A stretch of 38,237 nt of DNA from Octopus bimaculoides (taxonomy: Eukaryota), in the NCBI RefSeq assembly GCF_001194135.2, contig NC_068982.1:57407412-57445648 (forward strand), given 5' to 3'. Shown piece after piece: positions 11,685 to 24,339 of the stretch; position 1 is the stretch's first letter; the number at the start of each line of letters is the position of its first letter. A program made the translations under genes and the position numbers. The notes under the pieces were generated by a model, which saw nothing but the letters and a program-made list of their open reading frames with translations, was not told where the DNA came from and did not search any database.

Positions 11685-12320
11685 CGTTGTAGCTACCTTG
11701 CGTTGAAAGGGATTCAAAATAAGGCGGAACACTACATAGTTATTCACTGGAGGTACAACCTTACTCGAAGTCTATGTATTTAATATAAATATCACACCAG
11801 GTACGAGTTGGCAGAATCGCTAGCACGCCGGACAAAATCCTTTCCGGCATTTCATCCGCTTCTACGTTCTGGATTCAAATACCACCAAGGTCTACTTTTC
11901 CTTTTCTCCTTTTGGGGTCGATAAAATAAGTACCAGTTGAGAGCTGGGGTAGACGTAATCGACTTACCTTTATCCCAAAATTGTTGGTCTTGCGCCACAT
12001 TTTGAAACTAATATTTTAGCACATTTACGAAGTAGCTACACTTCGTTTAAAGGTATCCAAAATAAGGCGAAACACCACATAGATATTCACTGGGGGTACA
12101 ACCTTACTCGAAGTCTATATATTTGATATAAATATCGCACAAAGAGGCGAGTTGGCAGAATCGTTAGCACGACGGGCAAAATGTCTACTGGCATTTCATC
12201 CGTTTTTTCGTTCTGGGTTCAAATACTACCAAGGTCAGCTTTTCCCTTCATACGTTCGAAATCGATAAAAAAAAATACCAACCTTACTCGAAGTCCATGT
12301 ATTTAACATAAATATCGCTT
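11685..12320 (+). repeat. Local tandem duplication (about 343-bp period) of flank plus SINE, with a third partial copy
   Basis: GTAGCTA at 11689 and 12032. CAACCTTACTCGAAGTC.A..TATTT.A.ATAAATATC occurs three times. SINE bodies lie at about 11800-12015 and 12145-12278. Confidence 0.85.
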
Positions 12321-13764
12321 ATACGTCTGTGCTAATATATCAATAGATACATATTTGTGTGTGTGCTTGTATGTGTGCATGCGTGTGTTAGCCTGTGAAG
12401 GTGTAATAGAGTGTTTACGTATGTAGGTATGTAATCATGAAAGTGTAGTTAGAATGAACAGAGAAGCAAATGCCAAAATGCTTTTTAATAAAAGTTAAAT
12501 GTGAGTCTGTTTCACAATGAGTTACAATAAGTGTTGGAAACGTTTTGATTGGGAATTAAGGGAAATGGAATCCTTGAAAATATGATATAAATAAGTGAGG
12601 TATATATATTATCGTTGTTAGAGTGAGTTCAGTATGATGCCTGAATTTAATTCTGTCCTTCAAGACACAGATACAAAATAATTACGTACCAGCCTACCTT
12701 TGAGAATCCACTGCTCAATAATTGCCTGCCACCCTGACAACGTAAAAGTTGCTTATTCAATGTTTATTCAAATATGACGACTAATTTTATAAAACACGAA
12801 TAAAACACTATTCTGCTAACGGCCGTTGGGAAGTTGAAAGCTCATCCTATCGTTTCTTAACACTTCACGGTGGAACAAGAATGAATTATTTTTATTTACT
12901 GACTGAAGACGAGTCTAGAATTCGCAAGCGTCTTTGCGTCTTTGCATTAAACAGGTTAAAAGGCTTTCAGAAGTTGCATTTAAAAATATGCATATGTGAC
13001 TACGTATCTCTCTCTCACTTATTCCCTTCCCTCTCTCTTTCTTTGTGTGTGTGTGTGTACATGAGTACATATATGTATGTGTGTATGTGAGAGAGAGAGA
13101 GAGAGAGGGGGAGAGAGAGGGAGAGAGAGAGATGTGTTTGTAGCTGGATGCAGGGTCAAAGCAGATAGATTTAAAGTTTATGGAGAGAATAACAGAATGT
13201 TCTAATATATGTATTTATGCATATATGAATATATGTGTTTGTATGCGTGTATGTATGCATATGTGTGTGTGTGTGCGTGTTTATATATTTGTATGAATAT
13301 ATATGTATATATATACATGTATATATGTATGTGTAGTATGTATGTCTATGCATATATATATNNNNNNNNNNNNNNNNNNNNNNNNNNNNNNNNNNNNNNN
13401 NNNNNNNNNNNNNNNNNNNNNNNNNNNNNNNNNNNNNNNNNNNNNNGATGTTTTTGCTGTAAACTTAATCTTTCACATAAGATATGTATGCAAGAATTGA
13501 AATGTAAAAAAAGAAAGGATTCAAACTAACATGATATAAATAAAAATGGTTTAAAAATGATGAAAAAAAAAAGAATGAAATAAACGTAAAAATAAAAGGA
13601 AACAGAAAGGAAAACGAAAGATAAAAATATCTGGAAAAAAATACAATATAATAGGGAGCCAAGAAAATTTTCTTTTAAAACTAACAGAAAGAATGTTAAA
13701 AAAAAAAGAAGAAATGAAAGAAAAAAGAGAAAGAACAAACAAGTAAACTGATTGAAAAACATAC

Positions 13765-13964
13765 AATAAAGAGCAGACATTGTAGGATTATGCTTTGCAA
13801 GACAACATGTCGTAAATGGAGTCTGGGTTCCTGCTCTGATGAAACACTACTACAACTCTTGTACATTAGCATGTATTTCTGGTCACGCTTCTGAGTTGAA
13901 TCAGAGAAACATGGGAGACAGTCATTTCCCCCTAGCCATTTGTAAAGACAGTTAGCTGCATCAG
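13765..13964 (-). CDS. Candidate coding exon of an unidentified gene
   Basis: Unique, less AT-rich sequence. T-rich acceptor ..GTTGCTGTTGAAG| (or GATGCAG| at 13955), open frame ADAANCLYKWLGGNDCLPCFSDSTQKRDQKYMLMYKSCSSVSSEQEPRLHLRHVVLQSIILQCLLFI, donor |GTATGT. No homologue recognised. Confidence 0.25.
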
Positions 13965-14462
13965 CTTCAACAGCAACAACGACAACAACGACAAAAATAA
14001 CAATAACTACAAAATACCGCAGAAGTAATAACAACGGATAAGACAAATATCGAAAACAAATATTATCGGCAGTTAAAATAACAGTAGCTAAGAACTCTGT
14101 TCTATGGTGGTTGTTTTTGCTAGTCAAATGTATAAATTTCTGGAGGCTAATGTATGACATTCGAAAAAATAAATAAAAGCGTAGGTGAACGTCGTGGAAC
14201 AAGAAGTAAGTGTTCCGCCATATGAGTCTGTGATCAGCTTTCAATCCCTACAATAAGCTAGTTCAGTTCACATTCACTTCTAAATCAATATTGAATAGAA
14301 TGGAATGGAAGCCACGAGATCACGATCACAGTTCTATCTTCTGTGAGTTTAACCCTTTCAAACAAATCAAAAGCTGAGAGTAAAATTACATATCCAATCT
14401 ATTTAGCTCCATTCAGGAACTGAATAGACTAAATATGTAATTGCTTTTGAATGTGTGTGTGT

Positions 14463-14498
<36 letters not shown>

Positions 14499-14689
14499 TT
14501 CTTTGAGTTTTATTTAAGTTCTTGAGAAAGTTCAAGCTGATCGCTACTAAAGTGACAAAAGTTTTAAGTTGAGAAAGTTCCCGGTGTGTGTGTAAATATG
14601 TGGTTAAGTTGATGTGCTGGCTGAACTGTTGATGAATACATCCAAGTGTATGCATCTATTCACACAAGAATCTCAGATGGAGAATATTT

Positions 14690-14802
14690 GGAATGTCTCA
14701 CAAATCTACGTGGCATCTTGGTCAAGTGTCTTCTACTATAGCCTCAGACTGACCGTAGTCTCTTGAGTGGATTTGGTAGACGGAAACTGAAAGAAGCCCG
14801 TC

Positions 14803-14858
<56 letters not shown>
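14690..14858 (+). mobile_element. 5' half of the microsatellite-containing SINE (runs into gap)
   Basis: GTGGCATCTTGGTCAAGTGTCTTCTACTATAGCCTC...GGATTTGGTAGACGGAAACTGAAAGAAGCCCGTCG followed by (GT)n. Confidence 0.85.
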
Positions 14859-15560
14859 NNNNNNNNNNNNNNNNNNNNNNNNNNNNNNNNNNNNNNNNNN
14901 NNNNNNNNNNNNNNNNNNNNNNNNNNNNNNNNNNNNNNNNNNNNNNNNNNNNNNNNNNNNNNNNNNNNNNNNNNNNNNNNNNNNNNNNNNNNNNNNNNNN
15001 NNNNNNNNNNNNNNNNNNNNNNNNNNNNNNNNNNNNNNNNNNNNNNNNNNNNNNNNNNNNNNNNNNNNNNNNNNNNNNNNNNNNNNNNNNNNNNNNNNNN
15101 NNNNNNNNNNNNNNNNNNNNNNNNNNNNNNNNNNNNNNNNNNNNNNNNNNNNNNNNNNNNNNNNNNNNNNNNNNNNNNNNNNNNNNNNNNNNNNNNNNNN
15201 NNNNNNNNNNNNNNNNNNNNNNNNNNNNNNNNNNNNNNNNNNNNNNNNNNNNNNNNNNNNNNNNNNNNNNNNNNNNNNNNNNNNNNNNNNNNNNNNNNNN
15301 NNNNNNNNNNNNNNNNNNNNNNNNNNNNNNNNNNNNNNNNNNNNNNNNNNNNNNNNNNNNNNNNNNNNNNNNNNNNNNNNNNNNNNNNNNNNNNNNNNNN
15401 NNNNNNNNNNNNNNNNNNNNNNNNNNNNNNNNNNNNNNNNNNNNNNNNNNNNNNNNNNNNNNNNNNNNNNNNNNNNNNNNNNNNNNNNNNNNNNNNNNNN
15501 NNNNNNNNNNNNNNNNNNNNNNNNNNNNNNNNNNNNNNNNNNNNNNNNNNNNNNNNNNNN

Positions 15561-15852
15561 GAATCATGGTCAAGGTGGCTTCGTCATTTATACGTGCCAT
15601 TCTTGCTACATGTATCCATCTTTTTTCGAAACATTTGCTAGACAACACTTGCCTCTCTACTCTCACCTTCCTTTTCAAGTGATACTTGAAAAAGTTGATG
15701 AGAGATTGACCAGAGAGGAAAGTATTTGTCTCTAATCCTTTCAGACGCGTCCACCAGATGCATTCTTTCGCCATAGCCACAAGTACGATAAATACAGCTC
15801 TTCCTTCCCGTTTAAAGGAAGGAGGCGTGACGATATTGACGATAGACTCGGT
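15561..15852 (-). pseudogene. 3' fragment of a Tx1/L1-like LINE ORF2
   Basis: VNIVTPPSFKREGRAVFIVLVAMAKECIWWTRLKGL...LINFFKYHLKRKVRVERQVLSSKCFEKRWIHVARM resembles the Tx1-clade C-terminus (AK..IW..R...F...W). It is 5'-truncated at a (GATA)n tract. Confidence 0.7.
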
Positions 15853-15853
15853 T

Positions 15854-15924
<71 letters not shown>

Positions 15925-16964
15925 TTGCATACATATCTATATATAAAGAAATGATAATGCAGTCCTCTGTACACTACGAATAGAAAAAATGATGGCTACC
16001 TCTGAATCAATTGTCTTTGCACCATGGGTTTGCTCAATCACTACTGACCGAGCAGACCTATAATGACAGGAAATCAACCAACAGTATCATTAACAACGTC
16101 ACTCATATCAGTAGATGGCAAAGTATTTGATAAATTTGCTTTGAATTTCTTTAGACTCCTTATTGTGCTAGGTTCTAATCTCGCTTTCATCATTCCTAGA
16201 TCGACAAAGTAACTTCCGTCTTATTTAATCAACTTTCTCTACTGCAACTCTTCTGTGACTTCTTAACGTTGCTAGAGTACATCAACCACACCTCTTTCAG
16301 TAATGAATTACACCAGTGCTTGCCAGCTAGAAATGGCAACGTAATCTCGCTCAAACAACATTCTTCGATCTTGTGAATAAGTGGAATGAGACATTGTATA
16401 ATAGAACCATCTAAACATTATTCTTGAAAGAAAACGGGATTATCACAGTTGGACTGCCTTTTATCATAGCTTAACTTCTCTGGATCAATGCTGACTTGGG
16501 CTAAACAACAACAACTTTTGCACATTATTTGTTTCCAGTTACGTAGTTAAGTAAATAAGTTGTCTTTACCATTGATACAATAAACGCTCTCGAATCTATA
16601 GCGGAAGCTCTGCGTTGTTGCTCATCTTAAAAATACTATCTAATGAAGGATCGAACACGAGCAGAACACATCTACATGGTTGTTCGACACGATAGAAATA
16701 GCTGCCAAATGTCCTCAAATCGAAACCTACAATTAAAAATGCGTGGCTCATTGGATAATAAAGTTTGAAAATAAGATAGAATGGTCTCGAATAAAAAGGA
16801 TACGATCACATTTCTCGATTAAGGCTAATCAAAAAAGCCAAATCATAACACTACTAAATGAGATTTTATCATTCCTTCTTTCTTTTAGCCCTCAACTCAT
16901 CGTAGAGTTGTAGGAGTGCTGTCTAGACATGAAATATGTTTTATGCATTTAAAAGTATAGAAGT

Positions 16965-17190
16965 CAAGCATCAAGTTTGAACACAGCCGGTCTCTTCTAG
17001 ATAGAATAAGGTAGATATTAAAAAAGAGAGGAAAGAAAATCGACATCAGTATTATTTATCGACCCTGAAAGAATGAAAGGTATAGCTGAACTCAACAGGA
17101 TTTTGAAATCAAAGCTAAGAGATTCAGAACGACTATCGCAAAACATAGATTGCATCACGCGCTCTACTCAGCAAGCTTGCCGCCATCTTA
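16965..17190 (-). mobile_element. Highly degraded AAGGCGGCGAGC-family SINE
   Basis: TTTATCGACCCTGAAAGAATGAAAGG and terminal AGCTTGCCGCC on the + strand. Confidence 0.55.
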
Positions 17191-18929
17191 TGATTAATAA
17201 CATCCGTTATTAGTAAACCTTTCACAAAACTTCTGGCAAATTTAATGTTAACTACAAAACCTCATCTAAACTTACTAACTTTAACGTAACTACAGTCATA
17301 TTCAAGACAAACCTACGAAAAAAAAATTGAAGAGTGTACCCACAAATATATTTGAACTTAGGAGCCTTATGCCATACGACAGGCTATGTATTAACTGGAC
17401 AATATGGAGTTCGACTTCATTCGTATATTTTAGTAAATGAAATAGCTCCACCTAAACATGCAGCTCCTATTTGTTTATGTTGTTGACACTTGAGCACACA
17501 AACTGCCAGTAATAACAGGTCTTAAGTTAACTATTATCCAACGTGCTTTCAACACGAAGAGGGCCTTGAGATATTATAAATAATCACAATAACAGCACAA
17601 AAATCCCCACCAAGGTAGAGGAAGGAGAATGATTGAATGAAATAAAGAAACAAATTAGCAAAGCAAAAGCAAATCCAAGAAATAATAAAAATTCCCTGAC
17701 AAATTAGTTCTACCAATATCATTTTCGCAAATGTAAGCATAGTTTCCTTTGTTTATATACAAAGTGCATCTGGACAATTTTGTTATTCCTTCATGAAATA
17801 TGTGTGCGAGGCGAATGTGCGTATGTGCGTGAGTCTTTCTGTGCGCTGTGTGTGCACGTATATGTATGTCATTTGCCTCGCCTGTAACTATCCTATTAAA
17901 CAATGCATTGCCATAAAAACAAATTAAGTCAAGTTATTATTAATGGGACTTCAAAGATGCCAAGGTACCATATGTGTGTGCGTGCGTGGGCGCGCGCGTT
18001 TGTCTCTATAGTTATGTTAGAAGTTGAAGATTTTTGAATTGCAACACCGCGTTCCACGTAGCCGATGTTCAAACGATTACAGCAGGGGAGCAGTGTGGCA
18101 ATATAAAAGGGAAAATAGTCCCAGTTAGAGCCAATTATGATCATTGGTCGAGATATGATTATTGGTTGAGTGCTTACTGGAAACCATGAGAGAATAACCG
18201 TTAGAATATTTTGTTTGTATATTAAGACGTTGCTTCTCTACATCAATCGTTTCAATAATCGATAACGTGAAACTTTACCGATTCAAGAAAATACAGTTTC
18301 TAATAAAATATAAGAACTCAATTCTGTGTAATGGGTATTTATTTTCCTCTGATTAAAAACACAAACATTCATCAATCTATATTTGACTCCTTAATTTGTC
18401 GTGCAGACTAAACGGAGATAATTTATAAAGCTCAAATGGAACAGCAAACACTTAAAGCTCCAGCAAAGAACCCCTAACGTTACTTAAAAACGAAAATGTT
18501 AAGTGTCTGTAATCAATCGGATGGGTTAGGCATTTCTTCAATAAGGAGAATGTGGAGGTATCGTAATTACATACACTCTCAAATAATAAAGCACTGAAAG
18601 CCTTTAAGTCCGACCTTAATACGATGAAAAGAGTATATTTTTTTTTTTAATATTGACCAAGACATATAGCACAAAGATTTAACCAAACTAAAAACTCCAA
18701 ACATGTTTATGTTACTTCTGACAGCTGCATATACAACAGATAGTTTTAACAATATCACTAGAAGAAAAATCACCTCTGACCTTTACTATGTTATTAATTT
18801 AGAAGAAGCAGCTAACGTACAATAGATATTAGACTAGAAAGTTTAACGCTACATGAAACCTGCATTAGTTTAAAGATAACAAAAGTAACTTTCTAGCCAA
18901 CTCTAAATATGAATTAATAAATCCAAGGG

Positions 18930-19150
18930 GAAAGGCGATGTGCTGGCAGAATTGTTAGTGTGCTGGTCATGATGCGTAGCGGCATTTCGCCAGTCTTTGT
19001 GTTCTGAGTCCAAATTACGCCGAAGTCGACTTTGCCTTTCATCCTTTTGAAGTCGATAAAACAAGTACCTTTTGAACACTGGGGTCGATCTAATCGACTT
19101 AATCCCCCACTTGAAATTCCTAGCCGAATGTCAAAATTTGAAATCAATAT
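18930..19150 (+). mobile_element. AAGGCGGCGAGC-family SINE
   Basis: AAAGGCGATGTGCTGGCAGAATTGTTAG...GTCGACTTTGCCTTTCATCC...GGGGTCGATCTAATCGACT...AAAATTTGAAATCAATAT. Confidence 0.85.
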
Positions 19151-19224
19151 AACCGGGTAAGTTTGAGTCAAGCCAGTAAAAGATTGTTTCTTTCATTTTA
19201 AACATTATATTACATATTTTCGTG

Positions 19225-19603
19225 TGGTGACGCAATGGCCCAGTGGTTAGGGCAGTGGACTCGCGATCATAGGATTGCGGTTTCGATTCCCAGACCGGGC
19301 GTTGTGAGTGTTTATTGAGCGAAAACACCTAAAGCTCCACAAGGCTCCGGCAGGGTGGGGGTGAACCCTTCTGTACTCTTTCACCACAACTTTCTCTCAC
19401 TCTTTCTTCCTGTTTCTGTTGTGCCTGTATTTCAAAGGACCAGCCTTGTCACACTGTGTCACGCTGAATATCCCCGAGAACTACATTAAGGGTACACGTG
19501 TTTGTGGAGTGCTCAGTTACTTGCACGTTAATTTCACGAGCAGGCTGTTCCGTTGATCGGATCAACTGGAATCCTCGACGTCGTAAGCGACGGAGTGCCA
19601 ACA
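19225..19603 (+). mobile_element. tRNA-derived SINE (about 380 bp), second family
   Basis: A box TGGCCCAGTGG and B box GTTTCGATTCC, closely similar to 22854-23229. Possible degenerate TSD TACATATTTTCGT / TACATAATTGCGT. Confidence 0.9.
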
Positions 19604-20030
19604 GCAATACATAATTGCGTAACGACATAAAAGTCTACGAGCGTCTCGGTGGTTAAGTAACATAGATAAATTTACGTAGTTCAATATATTAAAATCCTAT
19701 TCATCTATAATAACATCGTTATACAAAAAGTTTTAGAATTTACAAGAAGTTTTAATTTAATTAGTGTTTTGAACATTAATGTTATTATGTGAGCGAAGAA
19801 TTCTTTGCTATATTATAACTGGTCTTGTTGAAATTAAAAGCTAGTTGAAAATATGAGGGAGAAATTCTGTGAAAGAATGATTAAGTGAGGGGAAGTGAGT
19901 GAACGGTTGAGAGAAAGAAAGAGAGGAAGAACGAGAGGGAGAGAGTAAAAGCCACTCTTGACTTTGTTGTTTAGTTTCATGCCTCAACTGATTGAACTCG
20001 TTTTGTCTTTCCCTCACATACTTGACTCTG

Positions 20031-20218
20031 TTCGGTATTATCTTCAGGCATGGGCACATTAGGCAGTTGCACAGGGTCCAATAGATCTAAGTGCCCAGTG
20101 GGTCTAGTGGCTCAATTCTGATTTATGCATGCTGTGGCGTACAGTTAATTAATAAATACCTATAGGGCCCAGTGCACAGTTTTACACGGTGGTCTACAAT
20201 GTTGCAAAGACGTCCCTG
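20031..20218. mobile_element. Non-autonomous DNA transposon (hAT-like MITE), degenerate
   Basis: The right end AAAGACGTCCCTG (reverse complement CAGGGACGTCTTT) resembles CAGGGCCGTCTT-type ends. Internal GGCATGGGCAC..GGCAGTTGC.CAGGG.CC and GGGCCCAGTGCACAGT. The left end is decayed. Confidence 0.4.
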
Positions 20219-21765
20219 AATCTGATGTTACCGCTACTCTCTCTGTTTCAATTTCTTGAAAATGAAAATGTAATAAAAAAAATTATATCTCATATTCATG
20301 CATACATCGATAAACACATTCATGTGTGTGTGTGTGTGTGTGTGTGTGTAACAGTATCAGATTAAGATAGCCATCTGTGTATCATGCTTAATCATAATAC
20401 ATCGCGATAAGCAAGTTTACTGCAATATTAGTCCTGTAATAATACCTCTTTCGGCATGCTGTATTTAAAATATATAGGAGGCAGGCGAAATTGTGTTATG
20501 AGCGGATGGTGAAAATGCTAGTTGAATTTCTGTCTCCATTCGTCTTCGTTAGTTGCATGAACTCACAGCAAACCGCATGCCAAGAAGAAATCTATCGCCA
20601 CCGATACAGGAAAAGAGTAAATAAACACTCACCAGTACCAAAGAGCCACTCAGCTGAATAATGATCTATTGTACTCAAAAGAAGCAAAATCAGATTAAAA
20701 TAGCCGATTGTATATTATACTTAATGTTAAGTGTAGGGAAATAATATCTCATATGAACGCGTTATGCTTAAAATTAACAAATGTATCGCAGGCAAACGAA
20801 AATCGGCCGATGAGAATACTAGATGCTTTTCTGCTTCATTGGGCTTTTTAGAAGCATGTACCCACAACTTCTCTTACGTTTAACAATATATATTCAGCCA
20901 GGTCGCCAGTAGTACAGTTTCTGTTTTAATTCTTCTGTCCTTTCGGTTTTTTCCCGTAAACCCATTCGTGAACATCATTCTTTGCACATACTAACTTCTT
21001 GTTCTGTTGATAAGGTGAATTTTTTTTTTTTTGATAGTATGTTCTTTTTATTTTAAAAGCTACAATACATTAATCTGGATCCCTAGCAAGCATATCTGTT
21101 CAGTATTTTCCATATATACTCTACAGATTCATATTTTAATTTCAAAGATGTAACTATTAGTTCTTGTTTCAGCTAATAGAGTTTGGAGTTTAAGTGTTTA
21201 GACTTTGAATCCACAAATTACTTCCAGTGTTTACAAAACGTCTGTCTGCTTTGAATCAAGATTCTACACTCCATTCATGTGTTGTAAATTATATTGAAAA
21301 TTAGGAGGTTTTTTTTTGTTTAGTTTTTTTTAATTATTTATTTTTTTCATTTTTTTTTCTTTTTGGAACGCAAACAAACGTAGGCATGTATTGTTTTATT
21401 TTTCTGAGATTTTGAAATGTTCATTTCACGGTTTCTCGATTTTTTTTTCTTGTCACACAGTTTCGCTCACTTTCTGAGGTGGAGGAATAAAAATAAAAGA
21501 AAAATGTGACAGATCGCCTCTTACTGCCTCTTTGGTAATTAGCAATTAGAGAATGAAAGCGACGAGTACGTAAACATTAAACAAAATAGTGAATGTATAT
21601 GTTTGATGTGTGAGGGGAGGGGAGATTCATGTGTGTGTGTGCGTGTAGGTTTTGTAGGTCTCATGTTACTACACAGGAAACCCCTACTCTTTGATTCGTT
21701 TCTTCCATTTGCGGTTGTGCATTAGATAACACAGGCCTTCCGCCAATTTACAGTGATGCATTTAC

Positions 21766-21850
21766 CCTTAAAGATGTCTGTAGCCTAATGTCAGTCTCAG
21801 GTCGTTGTTGTTGTTGTTGTTGCTGTTGAAGTTGTTGAAGTTGTTGCATG
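21766..21850 (-). CDS. Candidate exon encoding a poly-Gln peptide (unidentified gene)
   Basis: Acceptor GCTTTTTGTCTTATCCAG| directly precedes C-ATG; the frame reads MQQLQQLQQQQQQQQRPETDIRLQTSLR, with donor AGG|GTAAAT. A stronger upstream acceptor TTCTTATTTTTCCTACAG| would give an exon start at 21985. Confidence 0.3.
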
Positions 21851-21927
21851 CTGGATAAGACAAAAAGCACTTGAGCGCTGAATGAAGGGCTTCTTGTACT
21901 CAGCTTCCTCTCTCTTTCTCTCTCTCT

Positions 21928-21958
<31 letters not shown>

Positions 21959-22494
21959 GCCTGATTATCTGTTCAAACTTCTCTGCTGTAGGAAAAATAA
22001 GAACTAGAAAAATACTTCAATTTTATTTTATGACAGCAGCAAAGTTGAGGAGGATAAATAAGCCTCCTCTGGTTATGCAAGTGTAGATATGAGGCAAGAA
22101 ACTAGGAAATAATACATATCAAGCCTTTGATGCATCAGAATAATCCGAGAAATTTGAGGATTACTCTAGTCATTTAGATAAAAACATCCTTGTGGGAACT
22201 CTTCCTAATTAAATGTTATCTAATCTATTAAAGGCACCCGCTAAGATGATAGCAAACTTTACACCCTCAAAAAATATCAATAGACGTTCAAGAAAAACAG
22301 AAGACGTATTTGGAAAAAAGTAAAACGTATCGGGTCGAGATAATCAGCTGTCGCTTCCTTTGAAATTACTGCCCTTGTATTTATCCCTTTTATATCCATT
22401 CTCTCGTTGTAAAGTGTTTAATAAAAAGTCAATAAACAGAAAAAATAAAGAATCCATGTCTCTAAATTAGAAACAATTATTATCATTATCATTC

Positions 22495-22790
22495 GTAAGG
22501 CGGCGAGCTAGCAGAATCGTTTTCAACTTATTCCCTCCCCCCAAAATTCCAGGCCTTGTGCCTGTAGTAAAAAGAATTATTATTATTTTAGGCGGTGAGC
22601 TGGCAGAATCGTTACCACGCTGGCATTTCGTCTGTCTTTACGTTCTGAATTTAAATCCCACCGAGGTAGTTTTTGCCTTTGCCTTTCATCATTTCGGGGT
22701 CGGTAAAACGAGTAGTAGTTAAGCGCTAAAATTGAAGTAATCGATTAATTCCCCCTCCTCTGCCTATAACAGAAAAAATTATTACTATTA
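22495..22790 (+). mobile_element. Two adjacent AAGGCGGCGAGC-family SINEs, the first reduced to head fused to tail
   Basis: AAGGCGGCGAGCTAGCAGAATCGTT joins directly to ..CCCCCAAAATTCCAGGCCTTGTGCCTGTAGTAAAAAGAATTATT. The second copy starts at about 22588. Confidence 0.8.
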
Positions 22791-22853
22791 AGTGCTACTT
22801 ACGGCAGAATCAAACCGTTTGGTAGAGTATGATAGCTACATAGTTCCTTCAGA

Positions 22854-23229
22854 GTGGAGGCGCAATGGCCCAGTGCTTAGGGTAGTGGACTTGCGGTCAC
22901 AGGATCGCGGTTTCGATTCCCAGACCGGGCGTTGTGAGTGTTTATTGAGCGAAAACACGTAAAAGCTCCATGAGGCTCCGGCAGGGGATGGTGGCGAACC
23001 CTGCTGTACTCTTTCACCACAACTTTCTCTCACTCTTACTTCCTGTTTCTGTTGTGCCTGTAATTCAAAAGGTCCGCCTTGTCACACTGTGTCACGCTGA
23101 ATATCCCCGAGAACTACGTTAAGGGTACACGTGTTTGTGGAGTGCTCAGCCACTTGCACGTTAATTTCACGAGCAGGCTGTTCCGTTGATCGGATCAACT
23201 GGAACCCTCGTCGTTGTAAGCGACGGAGT
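22854..23229 (+). mobile_element. tRNA-derived SINE, same family as 19225-19603
   Basis: Colinear, high similarity along its length; ends at a 10-N gap. Confidence 0.9.
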
Positions 23230-24002
23230 NNNNNNNNNNCTTGAAAGCCATGAAAAAGGTAAAAAGATAATGGGCGCTGAATAATTCATGTGAAAATATT
23301 TTGACTAATTCATATAAAAGAAAACAAATCCGTGCCTTTAGTCACAATGATCTGATTTCAAATGCCTATCGGTTTCAAATAACCCTTTCACTAAGTTTTC
23401 CCGGAGTTGATAATATAAACTACCACTTAAGTACTGACTCCCATTTAATTGACGGGACTCCTCCACGCAAAAAAAAAAAAAGAAAAAAATTTGTAATTTC
23501 GATCCTATGTAAGAATTTATTATTCTTATTAGAGATGCAGATAACAGTAACGGTTAACCGTCAAATGAAAAGCTACGAGGCATTCAGTTACGCCCCTTTC
23601 AAGTCGTGTGTTCCAAAGTTGGCCTTTCATCCGGTTGATGGTGGCGAAGTGCAGATGTACAAAATAATAAGACAGAATGAAATAAAACTGAGACATTTGA
23701 ACAGTTTAATCGTCGATGGCTTTCTTCACGAATGTGTGGTTGTGAGCCAATATTAAACACCAGTATTTTCTTTCTGGAATCCGTTTTTGTCTTGACTTTT
23801 AGTTTATTTGAAGGGATTTATAACTGATTACGAATTCTTTATTTTTCTGTTGATTCTTTTTTAATAAAAAGATAACAACAATAGAATGGCTGTAAAAAGA
23901 AAGGAGATATAAAAAGCCTTTCCATAGCAAACGTTCACAAACGCCTTCAATTACCGTCTGTATCATTTTTTCATGGGTTATAATGTTCTTTTTCTCTCTT
24001 TG

Positions 24003-24046
<44 letters not shown>

Positions 24047-24177
24047 ATTGTTTTTTTTTAATTCTTTTTTAACGGTAGCGCGCGATATAGTAGTTTACTT
24101 GCTTTCTCTGATATTCTGTTGCTGCTTTGCTGCTTCTGTTTATAAATTAAAGTATGATGCAATGTAACATTAAACCA

Positions 24178-24271
24178 CCATCATTATTAATACATCATCA
24201 TAGTCGTCGTCATCATGATCATGATCATGATCTTCATCATCATCCTCAACATCGTCGTCGTCGTCGTAATC

Positions 24272-24304
<33 letters not shown>

Positions 24305-24305
24305 G

Positions 24306-24339
<34 letters not shown>

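Noticed and set aside
13832-13900. TGATGA...CTGA resembling a C/D-box snoRNA
   Set aside because: No terminal stem, no clear D'/C' boxes, and no guide complementarity recognised.
17808-17881. Hairpin CGAGGCGAATG...CATTTGCCTCG
   Set aside because: The 11-bp outer stem is real, but the rest relies on G.U pairs in TG-rich low-complexity sequence; too weak to call a miRNA or MITE.
18095-18170. TATAAAAG with nearby CCAAT/ATTGG as a plus-strand promoter
   Set aside because: Such motifs are frequent in AT-rich DNA, and no downstream gene is evident.
19228-19305. Possible tRNA genes (also 22857 and 1358)
   Set aside because: A/B boxes are present but there is no intact cloverleaf, and each continues into a SINE body.
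23301-23756. 151-aa plus-strand ORF
   Set aside because: Starts at TTG, crosses an A-homopolymer, and shows no recognisable domain or splice support.
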